Shown: in pieces, positions 25,006 through 37,671 of the stretch
How positions within the stretch are numbered: the stretch's first letter is position 1
How the letters are laid out: each line of letters opens with the position of its first letter
Translations under genes and position numbers: made by a program
Notes under the pieces: generated by a model
Database searches by the model: none
What the model saw: the letters and a program-made list of their open reading frames with translations, nothing else
Told to the model about the DNA's origin: nothing
From: Pavona decussata
Lineage: Eukaryota
DNA: 64,000 bases
NCBI GenBank assembly: GCA_977016875.1
Contig: CDRNST010000354.1
Location: 806,001 to 870,000 of the forward strand
Direction: 5' to 3'

Positions 25006-25109
25006 GTAAAATTGTTATTATTAAATGACACATTGAAATAATAATTCTTTTGGGCCTAACGCCTTTAAGCCTAGTTTTCACTGGCGACGCAAGCACAAGA
25101 GCTCTACAC

Positions 25110-25222
25110 TACTACGCTTGCGATTTATAAATCACAAAGTTACTACGCTTGCGATTTATAAAATGCAAAGTCACTATGCCCTGGATTTATAAATCGCAAA
25201 GTTACAACCTCTGCGATTTACT
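25110..25222. repeat. ~31-bp tandem repeat (~3.5 copies)
   Basis: ACTACGCTTGCGATTTATAAA..CAAAGT repeated. Confidence 0.8.
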
Positions 25223-25376
25223 AAATAACATAAAAAGTAGAAAAAAATCACTAAATGATATTTTTACACTTGGCACCCCATAGTATGTTGCATTACCCAA
25301 AGAAAAGCATGATGTGTACTGCTCCTCGTGAAATCTTCCCTTTTTACAACACGGTCGCTTTCCAGGTTGATTGATT

Positions 25377-25923
25377 TTCTACCAGAAAGTCTTAAAAATA
25401 AACCTTTTTCCGAATGTCCAGAGATGTTCCCAAGCTGCCAATAAGTTACTGTCACCAAATCCTCTGCCGCCATCAGTCAGTCAATTATGTGATTTAATTA
25501 TCGAAATGACCAGTGTAAAGCTTAAGTAGTGGATTTTCTGTTAAAGTGTGACGCCAATATTTTATTGGAAACTAATACGCTTTACTATTAGAAAAGCAGT
25601 AAACAGTCAGTAAACGTAATTTAATTCTGCAATCAAAGAAGCGGAGTCCAGTCTTCTACCATAAAGTCTTAAAAATAAACCTTTTTCCGAATGTCCAGAG
25701 ATGTTCCCAAGCTGCCAATAAGTTACTGTCACCAAATCCTCTGCCACCATCAGTCAGTCAATTATGTGATTTAATTCTCGAAATGACCAGTGTAAAGCTA
25801 AAGTAGTGGATTTTCTGTTAAAGCGTGACGCCAATTGGAAACTAATACGCTTTACTATTAGAAAAGCAGTAAACAGTCAGTAACCGTAATTTAATTCTGC
25901 AATCAAAGAAGCGAAGTCCAGTC
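25377..25923. repeat. 277-bp tandem duplication
   Basis: 25377-25653 and 25654-25923 are nearly identical, with a few substitutions and one short indel. Confidence 0.93.
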
Positions 25924-27479
25924 TCGATTTTAGCGACATCCGGTATTGTCGGGTCGTGATGCCAGAGTGATCTGTAGCATACTTTATTTTCACAATTAAA
26001 GTTAAAACCATCTTTGCTGAAAAACGAACATGACACAAAAATCTCTCCTGAAGCTCATTTTCCCAAAAAATTATAACAGGGAAAATAAAAATCCTCTAAA
26101 AATGAAAAAAAAAAAAAAAAAGATTTTATCCACTAGCGTGAGAAGAGGGGGTGGGGAGGGCGGGGGGAGCGGTGGCAGCATTGCATTTGTTGTTGCCTGT
26201 CAGCTTTAAAGACTGATTGTGTCACGGGAAGTTGAATTTATTAAAGAAAAGTTAATAGTCTAATCAACTGTTTAAAACGAAACAATTTTTTCATCCAGCG
26301 TTTTCATCCAAGGCTTTATACTTCAAACCGTTGATAACACGACACCTCCTAGCGGTAAATACCATTGATACTTTTTGTTGCCCTTCTCTCAATGAGTTGA
26401 ACTTGGGCCACCCAGCGATGATATTATTAGAGGGGCTTGGACAGATGAGTGTGTCATGTTTTCTTTGTGTCAAATTTGTTAACAGTTGCTTTCTATCATA
26501 GGCACAAGCCTCTCAATTTCCATTACCATCTTCCTTTTCCTGGGTCATGGCATTGCCTCCCCCCCCCCCCCCCCCCGCTAAGCGGCGAGAACTGCAGGGA
26601 ACAGCCAAAAAATATACAATAAGACGGTCATATGTCTGTCACACGTCAGAAATAGAGCAACTTCCATTCCCATCCCAAGGGGAGAGTCAAGGGCAGCCTT
26701 GTAGGAGGCTGGTCTGCTCCAAAAAGTGTCAATTAATTCCTGCTGGAAAGCGCCAGACATCGAGATGTAGATCACCAGCCTTTTCAGCCCAAGTTTTGCC
26801 GTGGTCAATGAAGACTTTCTTTTCCTTATCTAAGGTGAGTTCAGAAGCGAAAATTAATATTAAATTCCTTTTGGATAGCCAAAATTTAAAACCCAACAGT
26901 CAGCTGACCACGATGTCGTATTATAACAAAATTACTGTTATGTGTAAGTGTTTGACAATGTGTTGATTATCATAAGAATTAACCACTGCCCTAGCTTGGA
27001 GTGACAGTGGCTATGTATGGCTTATCCCCTACCTTTGTCCGTGTTGAACATGTGCGGGATTGAAGTTTTGCAAGGTATACGCTATTTGTCAAAGGCCATT
27101 AAATTTTGTTTGTAGTTGTTGGGCTTTTTTTTCCATTCAACGATATAGCTACTTTGCTTCAAATCCTTCCAAAATTATCGTGCCATTTTATGACACATTA
27201 CGGAAGTGTACATTCCACATGATACTTGCAACATTAATACAATTATGGTTTCGAGGCTTTCAAATCTGGACCTTCAGGTTATGCCTCACCAGTGCTGACT
27301 AGTAACCACTGACTGAGTAAATCGGGTTGCCTGTTGTTCAGTGAATTACAAGTGTGACCACCCTACCCCTCCCCCCCCTGCATTTGTTGGTCGTCCAACA
27401 TCCCAACTTTCATCAGGCGCCACAACTTGCGTTAGAACAGCCCAATTCCTGTCTCCATAAAGAAAAACGTAAGGGACTA

Positions 27480-27680
27480 ACTGTCCCCTTGAATGTTATA
27501 AACTGCTTACTTTCCTTTCTCGTTAGCACTCTACCAGGAACGAAAAGGCTGTCTGTCCCAAGAACCTCATACTCCTTTGTTTGGGATGTTGGCCAGGTGT
27601 TATCAATATGCTCAAGGGACATGCTCTACATTATGGCAAAGGAGGAACCCTTGAATTAAATGTATTCGAAGGATAAAACG
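27480..27680 (+). pseudogene. diverged second copy of the 24.2-kb domain fragment
   Basis: FLVSTLPGTKRLSVPRTSYSFVWDVGQVLSICSRDMLYIMAKEEPL aligns with copy 1. Confidence 0.4.
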
Positions 27681-27951
27681 ATGAGTAACTAACAATAGTT
27701 AGATTCAATCATTTGTTCCCTGTTTACTTCCTAACAAATCATAATGAACTTGTGAATTAAAAAAAAAAGAAAATGCGAGGTGAGAAAAAAGAATCCGAAA
27801 GAGGTGGTGACACGGACCGCCATCAAGATGGGACAAAAAGAGATAATTATTTTAACTTGCAAACACTCAAATAAAAGGATCGGTTGCAAGCTCGACACCT
27901 TGCATTTGTTCGACACCTTGTACAATGCTTTGTAAATGACTCTCTCTCTCT

Positions 27952-28877
27952 GATAGCCAACCTTTAACTTGGTGTATCCCTCAAGGTACTATCCTTGGAC
28001 CTCTTCTTTTTCTACTCTACATAAACAATCTACCGAACTGTCTTGTTAACGCACATCCTAGAATGTATGCGGATGATACTAATTTGACCTTTGCCAGTAA
28101 CAATGTTGCGCATCTAGAAGAAAATATGAACGATGATCTAAGTTAAATTACTGAATGGTTAACAGCAAATAACCTCACTCTTAATAGGTCAAAGACCGAA
28201 TTTATGTTGATTGGTTCAAGGCAAAGGTTAAATACTTTCAACAGACTCCCATCCTTTACTATCGATGGTAATTCTATAAAACAAAATTTACCAAATCTCT
28301 TGTAGTATATATAGACGAAAACTTAACTTGGAACATACATATTGAACATATTTCCAAAACAGTTGCTTCCTGCATTGGCATCTTAAAAAGAAGCAGGTCT
28401 TTTCGTTCATTTTGAAATGCTCCTATGCACTCATAATACTTTAGTTCAACCTTACTTCGATTACTGTAGTGTCGTATGGGGGAATTGCAATAAATCTCTT
28501 TCTATTAAACTACAAAAACTACAGAATCGCGCTGCGCATATTTTAACCGCTTCTTCATATGATGCCAATGCGGATGATCTCTTTGCCAGCCAACTTAACC
28601 TTCAACATGATTTAAAAACAGTCACCATGCTCTATAACTCTCTCAATGGTCTCGCCCCTGATTATTTGAAATCAATGTTTACTAATCGGAGTGCAATATC
28701 TGAATTGTGAGGGCAAACTAGCTGTCCCACTCCCCCGCACCAATTTTCTAAAACAACAGTTTCAGCTACAGTGGTGCGTTGCTGTGGAACAGCTTACTTA
28801 TCAATCTGTGGCAAGCAAAATCTGTTGCTAGTTTTAAATCCGGCTGCAGGGGTTTCCTCTTCGATGATTAATTAATT

Positions 28878-28917
<40 letters not shown>

Positions 28918-29053
28918 CCATTTTTGTTGTTATCAAATTTAATTTAGTAGTAGATTAGTATTTTAATAACATAATTAATGCAATTTTAGTATTTACTTTA
29001 AGTCCTGATATTTTATCCGTGGATAAATAAAGTTAAATGAGATGAAATGAAAT
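27952..29053 (+). mobile_element. 5'-truncated L2/CR1-group LINE (RT C-terminal half, 3' UTR, tail)
   Basis: PQGTILGPLLFLLYIN, MYADDT, LNRSKTEFMLIGSRQRL, PYFDYCSVVWG, KLQKLQNRAA; ends AATAAA...(AAATG)n. Confidence 0.92.
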
Positions 29054-29416
29054 GTTATATTTGTCGTCTTGGGTATGCAAATTCTAGTCAAACGATACCT
29101 TTGGCTGGCTGTAAAAATACCCTCGTAGACAGATAAGGTGCCCATGAAGTATTAAAACATCCACATCCTTTCTTCTGCTCAACTCTAGGTTAATTCTGAC
29201 CATGAATCAGACGAAGATTTCTTATATCGGCAAGTTTTTTATGTACAGAACACACGTCAGCCAGCATCTGTAAGTGGTGATCCTGAAGATAGCCAACAGC
29301 CAAACAACCTTAGCGTGCCATTGGCTGTCACTCCTGATCGACAGATCCAGAATAACCCCGACTTATTCCACTATATATAGACATTCTCCATTGTGCGAGT
29401 TATATCATTTTATAGA

Positions 29417-30451
29417 ATGGCTTTGACAAAGCCAATGAGAAATACATGGAGAAACCAGACACATAACGAAGGAATAGATTCGCCCATCGATGAGTGCAAG
29501 CAAAGCAGCGAGGATGATGCCACACCATCCGCTAGTTTTATTGGAACAGCGAATCCAGCGAGGAACCCTCAAACCACGGAAAAACCAACAGAGCTTGGAT
29601 GGAAAGTGTGCTCCTTAAAAGAAAAAAACATGAGGATGAAACTACACATTGAATTCCTGAAGACGTGCATGGAGGAGGATATTATTCCCAAAGTATTAAC
29701 CATTGACTTGCGATCAACAACAGGCTGACAAGAAGAAACCTTCCAAACCAAATGCAAAGATACTTTAAGCAATTGCTCAAGGCAGCTGGCGGAATGTCTC
29801 GTGGAACACTACAAGAGGCAGGTGGCACATACATTGCTGTGATAACTGACACTTTGGAGTCACACGAGAAGATAGAGGACCGGCGGACAGGGACAAGCAA
29901 CAAGTAGAACAAGAAATACAATCCATTATCAACACCAAAGAAAAACAGCTAAAGGAGCAAAAACAAAACAAGTTAGAAACAACCCGAAAGAACAAACAAC
30001 CGGTACAAGAGGCACAACCACTTGATCAGGGTAGTGAAACATATGCAAAAGCAGTAAAGAAACACATTTCTCAGACACTGAACCCAAACAAGTCAGACCC
30101 CACAGGAAGCAAAAAATGGCCAGAAGAAAGTGGCCAAAGCCACCCATCACAACGACAGCCAACCCGCCAGGAGCAGATACAAAGACAGACATTGAAATTG
30201 AATAGAAAGGATATCATCGGAAAACATACATTGGAACGGAAATGGACAATGAGTAGACAAACTCAAAGTAATAACTCGTGAAAATTCCACACAGGAAGAG
30301 AATATCTTAAACAGGCAGAGTAAACTTATCTGACATTCAACTTACGCAGTCGGAAACAAACCTTCTATGCCAGGGACTTAACTTTTGCCCAACACCACCG
30401 CCACCAGGAAAGTATGACAATAAGGACATTGATATCTTTGTTCGTGTGTTA
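29417..30451 (+). mobile_element. Penelope-like element N-terminal ORF fragment (Neptune/Poseidon type)
   Basis: HIEFLKTCMEEDIIPK and VNLSDIQLTQSETNLLCQGLNFCPTP (~30320-30400) match the PLE pre-RT motif; truncated before the RT. Confidence 0.75.
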
Positions 30452-30886
30452 TATACCTGCCAACTCTCACGCCTTAGGCGTGAGTCTCACGCCTGTGGGT
30501 TGAAAACTTCGATTTCACGCCGGCTCACGCTTGCGGGCCAATTTCTCACGCTTAATTGAAAAATGTGAGTTGTTGCCGTCTTGCTTGACACAATTTCCAA
30601 AAATATGTTAACTCAGACCCATGTTAGAACGAAAACCATGTGCAAAAGGAATAAATAACAATACCGTCCTCGCGATCTCTGATTTTTGAAGGTGAAAAGC
30701 ACTGGGAGCGTGCTCGCGTCTATACGCGCCCTGAGACTTCGGACGTCCTCAGAAGACTTCGGACGTCTTCGGAATACTTCGGAATTCTTCGGGAATCTTC
30801 GGAAATAATTGTGTCGTCTTCAAAAATCCCAGCACTCCGAGGATAAAAATCTCACGCCTATATCTTAGAAAAAGTTGGCAGGTATA
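30452..30886. mobile_element. MITE with 14-bp TIRs and 6-bp TSD (hAT-like)
   Basis: TATACCTGCCAACT / AGTTGGCAGGTATA; GTGTTA at 30446-30451 and 30887-30892; internal CTTCGG and CTCACGC repeats. Confidence 0.9.
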
Positions 30887-31424
30887 GTGTTATGCAAAAA
30901 GTGTTCAGTGAGTTCGCAGCCACTCACTCCCCTTTTAATATGGTTTGTGTGATTGTTTAACCATAGGTTAAATGCTGTTTAACTTTTGCCAATGTGTTGA
31001 AGTTTGCAAATGTTGCACTCGATTATGTAAATGATCCATAACTGACAAAACGAAGTCCTTAGAGAAAGAGAGATTTTCTGGCAAAGAATATTAAACTCCA
31101 TTCAACCGTATGGACTAAACAAAAGAACTGGATAAAGTTTTTACACAAGAGCCTTTATAAAGTTTTGGGTACTTAAATGGCTTAAAACATACGTTTAAAG
31201 ATTGTAACACTCTTAACCTATGAGAAATACTAATTGTTTACATAACATTCTACTCAACATCCAATTAAGCAACACGCATTGTGCTATGTCGCACAATTGG
31301 CCAATTAAGACTCTGTAACAATTGCATGTTAAGGCCCCTAAGGAAGGCAAATGGCAAAAAGCGTCGGGTTTTGAATGAAGCATTGAAAGTGGAAGCACAT
31401 TCTCCATAGTGCAAGTGAGATAAG

Positions 31425-33275
31425 GTAAAGTGTATGTTTCAGCGAAACCTCTCGTCAGATATTAACAGCAATATCAAGACAGCTGACAAGCTCTTAGTAC
31501 CCGCAGACAAGACTTCAAACTTTTACAAAATGGATACACAATCATACACTAAACTGCTACAAAAAAACATCACTAAGAACTACAAGAAAGTACCCCCGGG
31601 TATAACCAACTCCATAGAAGTGGGAGCCAAAGCCATCGCTAAGAAACTACACCTAGATGACAGGATAAACACCACCGCCAAACATGAAGCTTTCATAACT
31701 CTTACGGACCACAAGCCTAACTACGCAAACAGCCCCACATGCCGCCTTATCAATCCAGCTAAATCTGAGATTGGCAAGATCAGCAAGCAACTCCTCGAGC
31801 ATATTAATACTAACATTCTCAGCAAGCTCAAGCTAAACCAATGGAAAAACACCAAAGCTGTATTATTTTGGTTTAATGATATACGGCATAAAGATTTGAG
31901 CTCATTCATGGCATTTGACATGGTAGAATTCTACCAATCGATTTTCGTCAAGTTGCTAGATGCTGCTCTCGAATTTGCATCCAAAAACATCACGATTAGC
32001 GACAATGACAGATATATCATCCATCAGGCAAAAAGTTCCCTTATCTACAATGCTGGTGAGCCATGGAGCACGAAAATGTCATCAAACTTGTTTGATGTCA
32101 CCATGGGTAGCTACGATGGAGCCAAAACATGCGAACTTGTTGGCTCTCACCTCCTCAACAACATCCAGGGAAAGTTTGTCAACGCATGTAATTTTGGCTT
32201 GTATAGAGATGACGGCCTCGGAGTAATGAACGCATCACCAAGGCAAACTGAAATTATCAAGAAAGAATTATGCAACATCTTCGGCAAGTTTGGACTGAAA
32301 ATTACAATTGAGCCAACAAAAAAATAGTCAACTAGAAAGAAACAAGAAAGTTACTTAGCAAATAATCAATTGCATAATTCTCTTTCTGTATGGGGCAAGC
32401 TATTGTAGTTATTATACATAATTTTGTAATACCACAATAAATATATTGTTAACCTAATAATTGTACTTTTGTAAATAATACTTCCAGTTTAGTGTTTTTT
32501 GTCTACTACGTACTTTCTACCTACATTGTACCTAACTTCTTGTTGTGTTTTGTCAATAACGATTAATATATAACATAAAAATAGTCAACTTCCTCAACGT
32601 CACCCTCAACCTCATGAACGGTAAATTCATGCCTTACACCAAACCAGGAAACATCCCACTCTACGTTCACAAGAAATCTAACCATTAACCACGTATAATC
32701 GAAAATATCCCAAAGTCCATTTAAGAAGCAGCACCTCTCTACCAGAAAGCCCTGACAACAGGTACAACCACCGCCTTACGTTCTCACCACCTACTGCACA
32801 GACCATGAACTCCGCAAGAAGGAACCGCCACAGAGACATCACTTGGTACAACCCTCCCTTTAGTAGGAATGTTGCTACTAATATTGGACAGTCATTCCCT
32901 AAGACTTTGGACGAGGAATGTCTGAAGAAGCACCCATTGCACAGGATTTTCAACCGGAATACAGTTAAGATCAGTTACAGTTGCATGTCAAACACAAGGC
33001 AGAAAATTGATGGGCATAATAAATCCATCCTTCGAAACATGAGCATCCCATCTCGAGCATGCAACTGCAGGCAACCAGATCACTGCCCTATGGCGGGAAT
33101 TGCCTTAAGCCATTCGTAGTTTACCAGGAGACAGTTACCACCAAACACAGCAGGCCAGCCCAATCGTACGTAGGACTTACTGAGACCTCTTTTAAAATGA
33201 GATTCGCGAATCATATGTCATTATTCCGAGGCGCGAAAAAGAGGCTCAGTACAGAACTAAGTAAACACGATTGGA
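31425..33275 (+). mobile_element. Penelope-like retroelement, Naiad-like, RT plus GIY-YIG endonuclease, disrupted
   Basis: PADKTSNFY, RLINPAKSEIGKISK, FDVTMGSYDGA, GLYRDDGL, WYNPPFS, CNCRQPDHCP..GNCL, VVYQ..YVGLTETSFKMRF. Confidence 0.88.
32334..32576. mobile_element. 243-bp AT-rich insertion with 14-bp TSD inside the PLE RT
   Basis: AAAAATAGTCAACT at 32320-32333 and 32577-32590; removing it rejoins K(K)[11 protein letters not shown]. Confidence 0.85.
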
Positions 33276-33292
33276 AAAACAGAACCACAAAG

Positions 33293-36280
33293 GTAAATTT
33301 CAGTTACAAGACGCCAGAAGGAAAAACCCTGAAATCGGCAAAAGATGAGCAAAAGCTCCTATGAGAGACCGGAGTATTTAGTCAAGTTGCGGTGGAATCA
33401 GATGAAAGAATTCCAGAGGCAAGTTCATCTGCAGTTTCTTCCATTTGTGAAGATCCGGATTTTCAGCCTCCTAATGCCAAGATTCTGAAAAAATCTAGAA
33501 ATAGTAATAAGCGGTAGGTGTATTGAAGTTCTTCCATCTATCACGATTTCTCTGCAACCATTATAGCAGATTATAGACTCGCTACGGTTACCCACTCAGT
33601 GAAGACTTTACTTGAGTTGCCTCTAATAATTTTACATTTGTACCACGGAATAGCTGTTCAAGAGGGTCTCTTTGTGGGAATGACATCGAGCATCGTTGTG
33701 CTTGTTGAAGATTTCAATCGATACTTTTTCTTTGTCCGTCAAACAATCGAACCTGCGAAGGTGAGTGTTCAATGTTTTTGTTTTTTGTTTTAATTTCAAG
33801 ATGCTTGGTTGCCAGAAATGTGGTCCATGATACCGAAGGAAAGTAGTTGCCTCTGAAATGTCCATAGCAATATGGCAGAAAAGTCCTGTAACGACCAAAT
33901 TGTTTGCATGTGTTATGCTCCAATTTCTATCTAAGTTAACGACACCTAAAGCTAGCATATTGTGCCGAAATGTGTGACTTTTTAACATTCGGCTGAGGCT
34001 GCATATCAGTTCTTGCCAAGTCCATTTAGTTATGTGCTTGTATTAAAGCAAGTAACAAGCGAATACTCGTTACTACTTTCCTTTTGCCAATCAGGAGAAG
34101 TGGATGTGTTCGCCTTGTTGCAGTTACCCCAGCCCCATCCTCAATCTTCTTCCATTTAAAAATAACTATTTAGCTGGGCCCAGTTGTTCAAAAGCTGTAT
34201 GATTTTATCCAGTAGATAACACTGTTCACGGTGTAAAATCTACTTCAAGTTAAAACATGCATTTACAACGGTTTTGTTACATTCCCATAATAAACATTAT
34301 TTCGCTATTCACATTACCTACTTATTGACTGAGTGAGAGGGCTGGATATATTTTTCCCGGGATCGTGGCGTACGGACCAAGTCCAGGGAGGTCCGTGTAC
34401 GCTGACCAAGGGCCAAATATTTTCCCATCTGGCCTGACCTAAACTCAGTCAACAAGCATTTTATCATATGACCTTATTTAAAAAAAAATTAAGACTTTCT
34501 GGCTGTCAAAAGAAAACGTTTGTTTCAACTCTTCTCCCGCAGGGCCGGACGGCTTTTTCCAGCCCTTTTGCGTCATTGCAAATGGTTCTCATATGGTAAT
34601 CTAATGAATACTTTTGCAATAAGTGCACTAGTGGGACCATATGGGTCATATGATAAAGTGTGTATATTCATGGTCGCATGTGGTGAAAATTTTAAAATTG
34701 CTAGAGAATTTCTAATTCACTGGATAAGGTTATCCAGCCTTGAAAAACTCGGACCTGGTCAGGACTTTTTTTGTGTGGTATAGTCCAACTGAAATGGGTC
34801 TTCATAATTTTTTCGCACACGGTATTAAACCCTTTTTGGTTTTTCTGATATCTAGAGTGATGAGGTCAAGGTAAGAGTACAGCTTTGGCTGATAACTCTT
34901 ACTGAGTATCTCAAAAGCGAAATGTAATATAATATATAGAAAACCTTAGGTAGGGGTTTGGGCTTAGGCATTTTATCTGATAAGCCATTTCTAGAAGTTA
35001 GCGATCATGCTTTCCCTCACATCAAGGAAATCCTTGATGAAATGTGCGAGGAGGAAAAAGAGCACATGAAAGCCCTTCCACCGACTCATTTGGGGAGTTG
35101 GTCTCGAGGAGTAACAACATGTGATGGGCGTTGGCAGATCAGGTGCCATTTTAGTCAAACCTGTACATTTGTTATTAAAAATTACTTGACAGGGTGTCTC
35201 CTTTACTACGGGCATTTATCAATGAGAGGGGCAGATACAATTTGTATAAAGAGTTATAGGAGGGTACATCAAAGGCTGCAGAGGGACATTTGGCACAGGT
35301 TTTGTGGGCAAAAGCAAAAGAAGAAGGGTTCAATGTTGAGGTTAATTGGCAGGATGCCGACTCATCATCAGCAAAGGGATTTCGTTATGCATATTCAAAT
35401 GAGCAAGAGTCGAGGATCATGTTGTGTGGGGCATGTAGGGAGGACTCATGGAAAGAAGCTCTTGGATCTTCAGACCAGAAGTTCTTTTAGTAGGGCGTTT
35501 ATTGACAGGCATAAGAAGGATCACCCCCATATGGACAAACTGAAGTGCTGCTGTTCTGGGAAGAAGCATACGTATGTCGCCACACGAAACAAGCCTGCAT
35601 GTGGTTGCATAAGCCCAGCCTTCATCCAAAGTGCAAAGCGCAACCATTATTGTGCTTTAGTTCAGGCTGGACAAGATGTGAGTTTCATGCTCTGTGCTAT
35701 GAAATAGAATGTTCTGCTGGGGCCTCTGAGGCAGAAAAGGTGGTTGATCCTGGGTTGGGAAAGGGCTACTCTAACCTGCCAGAATCAACATTTAGTGTCC
35801 TAAGTTTAGGGCTAAGAACGTGAATCTTCACTGGAAGCACTACTCTGATTCAACAAATTTGGGCCTCATTCAGGCAAGCATGATGTGATGTTTTAAGAAG
35901 AAAGGACTCAACTACCACTGGACTGTGGATTTATATTCCAGATTGGGATTGCCATTACTTGATGGCATCCAAGAAATGCTATGTCTTCTTATTCATTTAC
36001 ATGCTTTAAATGTAAATTGAATATGTGTAATAGATTTTATATGACTATGCAAAAGTTAACATTACCATACCCCTTCTCTTCTTCACATACAGACAATTAA
36101 TTATATTTTAGAGGAAAACATTTTTCCCCTTGCCATAGTGAAATCCACTAGCAAAAACTGCAGCTAATTATCTGTGAATATCTCTCTGCAGTGTATGCAT
36201 GATAATGAAGAGAAGTGAAGAGCCAAAAAAGAAGTGGGTTCAGTTGAAAATCAACAGGACTGAGGAGCAAGCACTAAGGT
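33293..36280 (+). pseudogene. Kolobok-like transposase, spliced, with upstream MBD-like exon
   Basis: VTTCDGRWQIRCHFSQ, GTSKAAEG, WQDADSSS, CxGHVGR, YSNLPESTFSVL in ~34940-35880; upstream exon FSYKTPEGKTLKSAKD (33293-33514). Linkage of the upstream exon is inferred. Confidence 0.7.
34174..34757. mobile_element. MITE (imperfect TIRs) containing a nested hairpin element at ~34316-34655
   Basis: CTGGGCCCAGTTGTTCAAAAGCTG / CAGCCTTGAAAAACTCGGACCTG; inner inverted pairs TTATTGACTGAGT/ACTCAGTCAACAA and TTTATCATATGACC/GGTCATATGATAAA. Confidence 0.65.
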
Positions 36281-37671
36281 ACAGGGAGAACCATTTTAAC
36301 TATACATTTGATCTAAGAAGGTTATTAGCAACTAGAAGATTGGTCAAGTAAATACCTCTATTATTCCCTTACTAAATAGGACGGAATGTGGTAAACTTTA
36401 ATTCTTTTGTTGCCCTAATTTGAGGGAGTATTCTCTTTCTATTGCAAAGGAATGCTGCATTATGCCATCCTAGACCCCCCTCCACCCAATAAATGTTTCT
36501 GAGCCAGCAATAAGCTACTTATGCATGTAAATACTAGCAATGAAAAGAGATGCTAGTTTTTCGATTTTTTTACCACTGTACTCAATGCGTTCACGTTCCT
36601 AAAACACAAAGTACAATTCAGTCTTCTGAAACTGACACCCACGCGATCAGCACCAACTGTGCATCTCGCAAGGCATAGGGGAATAACAAATAAAAAAATA
36701 CTGAGGTACTGCATGATTTGATGCGAGGTGTTTTTTCAGTAATTGTCTTTCTAAATATCAGGGAAATGATTTAACTATATATGTTATTTGCTCAGGGTTG
36801 TGAAAGCAAAAAGGAATAGAATAACACAAATGGCTTTCACTAACATATCTTTTTTATTGTATGTCATATTCTGAATATCACAGTCTGTTGTGATCAGCTC
36901 TTTCTTATTATTTCACAAGTTGTTTCGTGGTTTGAAATCATCCAGAAAAATAAAATGCAGATAAAGTTTCTAATAATTGTAACAGTATTAGTAAGACTTG
37001 CTTTAGAGCATTGTTAGCTAAAACTTGCATTTTGGCTGTTTGAAAAGTTGGTGAAGAAATAACTAAGAAACAAACACTTTTTGCACAGGTTTTAAGCTTT
37101 TTCACTCCCAAACTATGTGAAAGCAGCAAATCTAGAAAATTTGTGCTTCAGAGAAGTAACAGTGTCAGTACCATGTTATATAGGTCCCGTTGAAAACGTT
37201 TCTTCTTGAAGTAAGTGATTGTCGTCTGAGACAAATTACTCTTCTATGTTGCCTGTCTCCATAAATGACTTTGGAGTGAAAGAGCGTTTATGTATATATT
37301 GTATAACAATAAATTAATGTAAATAATTGATTTGGACTCAGGTAAAAAAGAAAAATCTATTTTTAAGTTCTTTTGTAAATAGATACATTTTTTTCACACG
37401 AATATTTTTCCCTTGATCACAAATCATTAATTTTTATAATAAAACATATTACTAAATTATTACACTCTGATTATTATTACTTTGCCTTGCTTCCAGGCCA
37501 TTTGGATTGGTACAAGTCACTGATAGTGACATGGTACACCTGGTTGAAAAAAAAAAAGATGCAGAAAATATGGAAAGAAAAAAGATTATAAAAAAAAGAA
37601 CTTTCACTACCACTCGTCACACATACCCATGAAAGACCATGACAGGGGAAAAATCAGTATCAAAAAACTTA

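Noticed and set aside
26291-26966. ORFs around the poly-C run
   Set aside because: The poly-Pro comes from a homopolymer, and no family is recognisable on either strand.
31434-33275. Selenoprotein recoding as reported for some Naiads
   Set aside because: No in-frame TGA in the long RT ORF; the breaks come from an insertion, frameshifts and TAA stops, and the 3' end that would hold a SECIS is missing.
33632-33988. 118-aa minus-strand ORF, possible LINE 3' remnant (LRYHGPHFW)
   Set aside because: A single weak motif is not enough to call.
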